Shown one piece after another: positions 55,271-64,000 of a DNA stretch of 64,000 nt (position 1 is its first letter; the number at the start of each line of letters is the position of its first letter). The notes beneath the pieces were generated by a model that searched no databases, had not been told where the DNA came from, and worked only from the letters and a program-made list of their open reading frames with translations. The translations under genes and the position numbers were made by a program. The stretch comes from Botryllus schlosseri (lineage: Eukaryota), in assembly GCA_051294905.1 (NCBI GenBank), contig CM119372.1:13642001-13706000 (forward strand), written 5' to 3'.

Positions 55271-55800
55271 CAGGGTTGTAATGACTCAAGTCACGATTTT
55301 TTTCGAAACTCAGCTCGACTTGAGTCGATTTTTGTATTGACTCGACTTGTACTCGAGTCTTTGTGCATGACTCAAACCAAGTCATATGAATCGAGACTAG
55401 GGCGACAAAGAAAGACATTTCATTGTAACTTCGAAGAATAGTAAAGGTACCACGTTATTCGTACTTCGTCTATCAGTCCTGATACTTGGAAAAATAGGGT
55501 CAGAAACAGTTGAGATTAAGGAAAATTACTATGTTATGAATGCAAGTCATTATATCACTGGAGCATAATTTTAAAAAAAGTGGATCGAACTGAAAACTGA
55601 ACACTGAACAGTGAACATAATGAACTGGACTTGGACTCGGAGTCAAAACGCTGTGACTCGGACTCGGCACTTTACTAGCTGACTTGGAATCGGACTTGAC
55701 TCGGTGGTGAATAAAAAAATGACTCGACTTGATTCGAGTCAAAATTAGAAAAGTGAGATTGACTTGTAATTCGGAACCTTGTGACTTGGTTACAACCCTG
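55271..55800. mobile_element. GACTCGAGTC-repeat hAT MITE, second copy
   Basis: CAGGGTTGTAA...TTACAACCCTG; TSD AAAGTATG/AAAATATG. Confidence 0.85.
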
Positions 55801-56374
55801 AAAATATGTTTTCTAGATTGGCATAATTTATTTTTCGAGAGCGATGAGTGTTAGTGTAATAATCACTGTGTATTGCGGTTGCTGTATCACGCGGACGGGT
55901 AAAATGTTATAATTGAAACAACCTTGCTGCCGCAAAATTTACCACTCTCCTCAGAAGAGACCAACTCTGCAAAACTAATCATACGTGCATACAAAACATA
56001 TCGACGGTAAGCTTACGTGGTCAGTAATGGAGTATTTTTAGTTTTTTTCGAGTATTTGAGTACGTTTTGTCTTCTTCCACGACTTGCTCATTTGATTATG
56101 TTTTTAGACTGCATCCACTTTTACTTATGCAATTTTTCGGCAAGCCACTTGCTTTTCACACTTTGGATTTCGTAAAGTAGAAGGAAGAATGTAGCTGTTT
56201 GCATCCCTTTCATGTGTGAAATTGCCATAAGGACTGGGTGAAACTGTCCCTGTATCACTTTAACCGACTATATATCGGAAACTTGCACCTAATGGTAGTA
56301 ACATTAGTCATTTTGCGTTAGTCGCGAGAATCATGTGAGCCTTTGATCAAATCTGTCTTTGGAAACAACTAACT

Positions 56375-57324
56375 CAGTGGTTCTCAACTGGGGGTCCGCG
56401 GACCCCTAGGGGTCCGCAAAGCAATTCCAGGGGGTCCGCGAGACCTCTAAATTTGCAAAATGATTGATAACCTAGTCATTTTTTCAAATTAGGGAAAGCA
56501 TGAGGCAGCTTTCCATCACCGCTGGTAAAACCTCATTACTCCCATCACCAGAATAATCGTATGGCATGAAATATCCTACTGGGCAAATTCATTCTAATTG
56601 CCAAATTGCCAATAACCTACTGTGGAAAAATAAAAATACGGAGATAGTAAGATCAATCGGGGTACCTTCGAAATGTATGAGAAACCTTTCCGATTTGAAG
56701 TTGTCAGTGTCATCAAATTAGTGAACAGTCGTTTGAAATAAAATCTCCTGAAGTATTTTCCCTAATTAGTCCTAATGAAGGGATTGAAATTCGGCACGAA
56801 ATCCATTTTATCCTGTGATATACACAACCATCATTCCAGAATAACTTCGAGATGATATGCTAGATAAAAATGGCTAGGTTGGACGTGATATGTTCATTAA
56901 AAATTTGTTTTCTCATATTGGTACCATAAATCTTGCGATCACACCAAAAGTGTCGTTGGCATAGTTACGCGTTAATATTACATTAGCCTCCATCTATCTT
57001 TGTGGAAATGGATTTCCGGCACTCGTTTATATAAAATCGAAGACTCGGATTTTCAGGACCACATACTTCAAGAATTACAGCTGCAAAATTAGCTTTGAAA
57101 TAATAAATGTTTACCCAATTGCTACATAACTAGTATGATGTCATTGTCAAGAAAAGTCATTTTGTTGCTATTTATTACAAGCCTACATGCAGTTCATATT
57201 TGCACAAGACAGATGACAGTCACACCATAATTGAGCTAAATTTTAACTAAAAGTCGAGGGGGTCCGCGAGGGTACGTGACAGTCAAAAAGGGGTCCGCGA
57301 AACCAAAAAGGTTGAGAACCACTG
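56375..57324 (+). mobile_element. Internally deleted hAT (Buster/Charlie-type) transposon with a dimerization-domain remnant
   Basis: CAGTGGTTCTCAAC...GTTGAGAACCACTG; perfect TSD AACTAACT; GGGGTCCGCG repeats. About 56988-57048 encodes SIYLCGNGFPALVYIKSKTR, resembling the hAT TYLCExGFSxL..IK motif. Confidence 0.85.
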
Positions 57325-57937
57325 AACTAACTTCAGTACTTTTCAGGCCTTCGTGTTCTACTGTCATTTGAAGTAGTTTAAACATGTCTTGGGATTCACT
57401 GCTTCTACTTGTAATTAAGTACAAAGTTACGGCGTTACTTCTACTTCTAGTTGACTTATGCACTGCAAACAGGTGCGACTTTCGAAAACATATTCAGATT
57501 CGGGCTTGTTTCGCCCAGTATTTATGACAATTTCACTGATAACAGGTGTACAAACATCTCCTTTCATGAATTCAAAGTGTAAAAATGAGCAGTTTTGCCA
57601 GAAAATGTAAAGTAAAAGTGGGAGTGGTCTAGATAAATAAGAACTTGATCAAGTAGTACGAGTATAGACGAAATCCACTTGAGTATTACAAAAAAAAGTA
57701 CGAGTACTTCGTTTCTAACCACCCGAGCCTCATGCCCGACACACTTTTGATTTTATAACAAAACACTAAAATTAAAACAATGAGTAATGCTAACGAATGT
57801 AGGTGATTCTAGAGAGACAACAACGGGAGATATCAAGTTTTCGAATTCTGTCTTAAAAAGAGCTGAAAACACCTGTATAAACATTATCCGACGATACTAG
57901 GTTAATACAAAGCGATCGACATAATCGGTATCGTAAC

Positions 57938-58333
57938 TAGGGTTGCATTTCAAAGAAAAATCAATTTAAAACAAACATGTTTAAAACAAGGCCCCTGTTT
58001 AAAACATGTTTTTTTATTGTTTTGTTTTTTGTTTTTTTATGCCATGACGTCACAATCATTCAATTGTGACGTCATAGTGGATTGAGATTGACAATTGAAA
58101 ATATAGGGTATATGTAGCTCCTTTGACGAAATATCTGTACTATTGCTGTTGAACCGATTAGTTTGAGGGTTCCAACCTTGCCGTATCGATATACGTCGGC
58201 TATATCGGGTGGTAATTGTCCGTAGGCTCATACAATATGTTTTTTAGAAAGTATTTACACAATTATGGCATAGTTTTACAACTTAAAAATTTTGTCATTT
58301 TAGAAAGGCCTTTGTTTAAAACACTGTTTACAA
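57938..58333. mobile_element. Second copy of the TAGGGTTGCA MITE, truncated by later insertions
   Basis: Colinear with 13049-13450; the ORF track shows matching MSLRTITTR peptides in both. Confidence 0.75.
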
Positions 58334-58509
58334 CAGAGGTCTCAAACTCAAATGTGCTTGCGGGCCAATTTCTTGCTTTTGTTGACGCCGCGGGCCGCAG
58401 CATCAATAATAGGGATATTCAATGTATAAGTTCCAAGTATACCTTTTTTGACGGGAGCTTGCTGACAGGCATTCCACAAACATCGTGAAAATGTAATTTA
58501 CTATTGTAC

Positions 58510-59098
58510 TATAGAAATTAAACATGGAACGGCAACGACCGATTTTGCAGCTTCGTTCCGCTTCGCAGAGGCTGGAGAGGAGAATTGTTTTGCGTAAGCG
58601 ACTGTAGGATTTCTGGCAATCCAAAAGCTATCTTCCCGAGCGCAGAAATTATTGAATCTAGTCTTGATCGAAAGCTACTGTTGCACCGATTCCGAAAATA
58701 TAAATTTAAATTATGATCAGGCACTGATCCACCTAGAATCTGTCCTCCAAGCTGAAATATCGGCATTGTTCAGAACAATCGGGTAACTGCAACACAATGA
58801 CCATAACAATTACCCGTTGCGACTCTCTGATTGTTCGAACAATGCCAATATTTCGACTTGGAGGACGGATTCTAGGTGGATCAGTGCCTGATCATTATTT
58901 TAATTTATATTTTCGGAATCGGTGCAACAGTGGCTTTCGATCAAGACCATATTCAATAATTTCTGTGCTCGGGAAGATAGCTTTTGGATTGCCAGAAATC
59001 CTACAGTCGCTTACGCAAATCCACTCTCCACTCCAGCCTCAGCGAAGCGGAACGAAGCTGCAAAATCGGTCGTTGCCGTTCCATGTTTAATTTCTATA
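58510..59098. mobile_element. Foldback MITE with ~270-bp arms
   Basis: 58510-58779 is the inverted repeat of 58829-59098; flanking duplication ATTGTAC(TA), 7-9 bp. Confidence 0.8.
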
Positions 59099-59454
59099 AT
59101 TGTACTATGCACGCTTGACACGGAAAATAATCACATTTTCAAATATTTTAATAAAATTGTTATTGTGCCTGGTATCATGCGAGAGGAATTTAGGGTTGTT
59201 CAGATTTGAAAAATTGTCAGGAAACTTCGATGCTTGTGACCAAAATGAAGGTTTAGTACATAAAAATACTTTTATGAGCAATTTTGGTCATCTTCGGCCT
59301 GATCTTCTATCCCCGAAAACCCCCCAAAGTTCCACGGGGCAATTCTCCTTACTACTGGATATGCAATGTTGACCACGTCACCGGTTTATAGCTTTTGTGA
59401 CGTTATCAGTTGAAAACGGCCGTGTAGAGATGATATATTGCAATAAAATAGCCA

Positions 59455-61933
59455 TGATTTCAAAATAGAAGTAGAATTGACTGACTTTAAAAGTACTCAA
59501 GTAAGTAAGTAGTTGTGAAAACGATCCTAATTCGTTTACATGGATTGTAAAAAGGTGCAAATTGAGCTACCGGTATGCGAAAGGTGACGAGCCTGATTCA
59601 TATTGATGCATACCAGCAGGTATTCAATTTTCGATATCATAAGGATAAGCATTCGTCCACATCATGGGATAAAAATGATAGTATTGATATGGAAATGCGA
59701 TACTAATCATCATCTGTTTACTCAAACAGCACGTTTTAGAAAATATCATGGTATTGCGCACTCCCCCATAATATATGGCCTGTAGTTTAGTCGAAGAGCA
59801 ATACGGAGATGGTGTGTTGGATAAGGTGTAAACACATTGTGCGATTACTAAACGTTAATAAAAAATATGGTGGACTGTAAAAATGCTATATTGTGTCGCC
59901 AGAAAGAACATCTCTACACGCTGGGAATCTTCCATTAGTGTTGTTTTGTCATTCGGCTGTTTTACTTGAGATAACTAACCTCCGTAGGTTAGTTATCTAT
60001 AGTTTTACAGCTGATTTTTGTGCGTGCTGTACCGTAACCGTGCGCTGATTACTAGTGATGGTGTGAACCACCGAAAAGTTCAAATTCGCGTGAATGCGAA
60101 CCTTTTTGAAAGGTTCTGTGTGAACGCGAACGTGAACCTCATGACGTTACGTGACGTCTTATTGCTAATTCCAATCCTATCTTTCAGTGAAGTGATAGCC
60201 TATATCAATGTACAGTACACTTGTGCAGTGTACACGATACCTAGCGACGACTCGGGCCACATAATGCCACAATCCTGAGGTACATATTGGCGTTTTAAAC
60301 GTCGCTAAATGTATCAACTGAGGCAATCAAAGAATATAATAATCCCATAAAATCAATATTTTCCGTCGCTTAGCCAACAATTTCGACGACGACTTATCAG
60401 GGAATAAAAGCTTACGCCTTAACGGTCTAGCCCAGACCGGACAATGTATTCGGCGTCTGAGTATTGCTACATTGATATTAGGCAGAGTGTAAAACGGGAT
60501 TCTATACTTGCTACCGATTTTACTCCATTAACAAGTTATACAGCAGAAGCCAACACCTCAATCGTACGGATTTGGTTTTAATGATACAGTGAACCTATGA
60601 AGTCAAGATTGACCCCGAACACCTGCTAGATTTTTTACATGAAAAAACGATATCAATCTCATTGATTGTTCGAGTAAGCATCATTGCTGACTACGCATTT
60701 CGCTCGTGATGTTGTGTGATTGCGGGTCAAGCTCACAGCAGAGAGTCACAAACGGTAATTAAGCTGGATATTTCGAGCAAACTTTTGTAACAACGCAAGT
60801 AAAACTTTTGAGATTGTCAAGGTGCATGCTCGTTTACTGTAGTTTTTATACTGCCAGCGCCATGAATAGAGTAGCCCGCAGTTGAAATGCAATAAATTTG
60901 AACGGAAGATGTCATAATGAAGTGAAAATTGTAATATATGAAAAAGCTTCACAGTGCAGAACCTACCAAGGTTCTGTTGTGAACGTGAACCTCTAAATTT
61001 CCTTACTGATTACTGATGTTCGCGACTCTGTGTACTTGTCATTATTATGTCACAACGACAAAATTCTTTCTATATTTCGAACTTGGTTAACCTCATTTAA
61101 TGGCGTTCACTGGTGAAGAGAGCAAGTCGAAAAGCTTCCAGTAGACTAAATTTGGCAATATGAACGTTTTGTTTGCTGCAAGCTTTATTTCTGGAAATTG
61201 AAGGCATCACTACACTTGCTTTTATACTTCAACATGTATGTTATCCAGAAAAAAGAATCGATCTTAATTAGAAATCAAAATATATTGTACTGGGAATTGC
61301 AAGTGAAATCTAAATCTAAAAACGGAACATGTATTCAATGTCTTTAGTCCAGAAAGTTTCGAAGGTTGGTATGCTGAAACAGATCTAAAACTTAAAAAAA
61401 GTCAGAGTCCAATTTTCCAGATTAGGACACGCCATGGACAGCTAGATTACGATATGATAAGTAAATGCTAGATTGCGAAACATCAGTTTCAAACATTATG
61501 ATAAGCCATATATACAGCGATGAAATAATTGATATGGCGAAGGGTGACAATGCGGTGTGAACGGAACCATGCCCACCCGCCACCTAAATTATATTCAACG
61601 ATACTTTCGTGAAATCATACTGGATACTCCGCATTCACTGCGCGCTATGCGCGACCAAAATTCTAGGCTTAACTCAACTTTTATGAAAATTAAATGTCGA
61701 TACTGCGTGAAAACAGCCCCGAAATTACTCAAGCTATCTTCGTGATTGGAGGATTAAACTACTTCTACTTGACAAACTGAAAATAGCGAAAAGTAAGTAA
61801 GTAGATCACAAAGAATTATGAAGTAGAAGTAGAAGTAGTGAAATTCAGATCTACTTGAGTAAGTGCCAGAAGTAGAGGAAAACTACTTGAGTACTTCTAA
61901 AAAGTAGAAGTACTTCGTTACTGACCACCTCTG
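59455..61933 (-). mobile_element. TACTT-repeat element copy interrupted by about 59784-61330
   Basis: Ends CTGACCACCTCTG; both halves match the reverse complement of 43665-46084 without the SINE/R4 insertion. Confidence 0.7.
60052..61020 (+). mobile_element. GTGAAC-repeat element, copy 1
   Basis: Starts TAGTGATGGTGTGAACC; direct repeat of 62938-64000; an inverted internal fragment lies at 62685-62937. Confidence 0.7.
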
Positions 61934-62304
61934 CGTGTAACTGTCAGTAATTTTGCGAAGAAATTCTGGTAACTTGACTTCACAGCTAAACTAAGGTAAT
62001 ATCACATATCAAAATGTAAAATTACAAGCTACGCACAGTTATTGGCTGCGACCGGTAATTCGTTGTAAAATTTACAGAGATTTTCCAGTAAATCTACCAG
62101 ATTTTTTACAGTGTAGGTATGATGTTTATTCAATCAATCATTGAAATTTATATAAAGAATATATCGTGGTCTAATGTAAAAAATCTTGCAGGAGTACGGG
62201 ATCCATCTTGATTTGATATGTTCGTTGTATCATAAAAGCAAATCCGTGCGATTAGGGTGTTGGCTACTGTATAAAAGGTTATGGGATAATATCGGTAGCA
62301 AGTA

Positions 62305-62675
62305 TAGGGTTACCATACGTCCTCTTTTAAGATGATTATTCCTCTTTTTTGAAAGTGTTCTCGGAGGACGCCAAAATGTCCTCTTTTTTGAGAATTTTGG
62401 TTTAAATATAGGGCAAAATCCGACTGAGATACAGTAAATCAGCACTGAAGTAACGCTCCGGCGGCTATTTTGCGAACTGAGCCGGAATGCAAGCCTTTTT
62501 TGTCAGCGAATGGAAAATGAGGAAGTAAAACTGTATTTCGGGAATTGAGCCGGAAACTTGACCTCTTTTTAGTCAAAAATTTACAATATTTTCAGGATTT
62601 TCCTCCGGTATTGCAAGTCTGAAAATTTTTAAAAAGTTTCCTTTTTTCAGATTTACAATATGTGGTAACCATATA
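62305..62675. mobile_element. TAGGGTTACCA hAT MITE
   Basis: TAGGGTTACCATA...TGTGGTAACCATA; AGCAAGTA on both flanks. Confidence 0.75.
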
Positions 62676-62937
62676 AGCAAGTATAGAAACCCGTTTTACA
62701 CTCTGGTCAATATCAACGTAGCAATAGTCAGACGCCGACAATACGATGTCCGGTCTGGCCTAGACCCGGCGTAAGCTAATATTCCCTCGCAAGTCCTTGT
62801 CGAAATTGTTGGCAAAGCGACGAAGGATATTGATTTTATGGGATTATTGATGGCTGTAGTTGATGACGTTTAAAAATTATAAGCATGTAGGCTACTTCAG
62901 CATTGTGGCATAATGTGGCCTGACGAGTCGTCGCTAG

Positions 62938-64000
62938 TAGGGATGGTGTGAACCTCTGAAAGGTTCAGGTTCTTGTGAACGCGAACCTTTTTGAAAGGTT
63001 CTGTGTGAACGCGAACGTGAACCCCATGACGTCACGTGACGTCATATTGCTAATTCCAATCCTATCTTTCAGTGAAGTGATAGCCTATATCAATCAATCA
63101 AGGATAATCCCAGAATTATCGAATAAAAACTGAAATAACTCCGCTTCTACGGCTTGGAATTGAGTCAAATTTGTTTTGCATAGTTTTTGAAGACAGCCCA
63201 ACAATTTCATGGGGTTGGCAGAAAAATTTGAAAAAAAAATTTTTTTGCGTTTCTGGGCAAATCCGAAATTTTCAAACTCTACGTAACCCGCGAATATTTG
63301 TCGGAATGAATTCAAATTTGGTATGCGTCGTTTTTTAAGGCAACCCAACGATTTAATCAAGTAACCAGCAAGATTCAGGAAAAAAAGTTATTTTTGAACA
63401 GCCCTAGTGTACACGATACCTAGCGACGAGTCGGGCCACATATGCCACAATGCTGAGGTACATATTGGCGTTTTAAACGTCGCTGAATATATCAACTGAG
63501 GCAATCAAAGAATATAGTAATCCCATAAAATCAATATTTTCCGTCGCTTAGCCAACAATTTTGACCAGGACTTACCAGGGAATAAAAGCTTACGCCTTAA
63601 TGGTCCAGGCCAGACCGGACAATGTATTCGGCGTCTGAGTATTGCTACATTGATATTGAGCAGAGTGTAAAACGGGTTTCTATACTTGCTACCGATTTTA
63701 CCCCAATAATAAGTTATACAGCAATAGCCAACACCTCAATCGTACGGATTTGGTTTTAATGATATAGTGAACCTATGAAGATTTACCCCGTACCCCTGCT
63801 AGATTTTTTACGTCAGAAAACGATTGATTGGTTGAATAAGTATCATTGCTGACTACGCATTTCGCTCGTGATGTTTTGTGATTGCGGGTCGAGCTCACAG
63901 CAGAGAGTCACTAAATGTTCACAAACGGTAATTAAGCTGGATATTTCGAGCAAACTTTTGTAACAAAACAAGTAAAACTTTTGAGATTGTCAAGGTGCAT
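62938..64000 (+). mobile_element. GTGAAC-repeat element, copy 2 (runs off the window), with an insertion at about 63090-63406
   Basis: Starts TAGGGATGGTGTGAACC; colinear with 60052-60830. Confidence 0.7.

Overview
AT-rich animal genomic DNA. The many 57-69 nt GT-AG introns are consistent with a tunicate or other compact invertebrate genome (inference); there is no prokaryotic content. The first third holds a 14-exon ZEB/zfh1-family zinc-finger transcription factor on the + strand (5285-21117, about 995 aa by manual splicing). It has the atypical C2HC finger, one PLDLT CtBP motif and the C-terminal 3-finger cluster, plus an AT-hook-like motif. No N-terminal finger cluster or intact homeodomain is visible in the window. 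The rest is dense with transposons. The most striking element is a 5.2 kb, apparently non-coding foldback element (30521-35703) with 1.5-1.8 kb near-identical arms, TG..CA ends and a 6-bp TSD. Each arm carries a TTAGGG-containing minisatellite and a tRNA-derived Pol III cassette, and the spacer is an older, diverged palindrome. Other highlights: a five-level nest (R2-like LINE > hAT MITE > hAT MITE > SINE > R4/Dong LINE in the SINE's TAA tail), a minimal type I hammerhead ribozyme motif, many hAT-type MITEs with 8-bp TSDs, and part of a small TSP1-repeat gene near 51.3-54.9 kb. All calls come from reading the sequence; no database searches were run.
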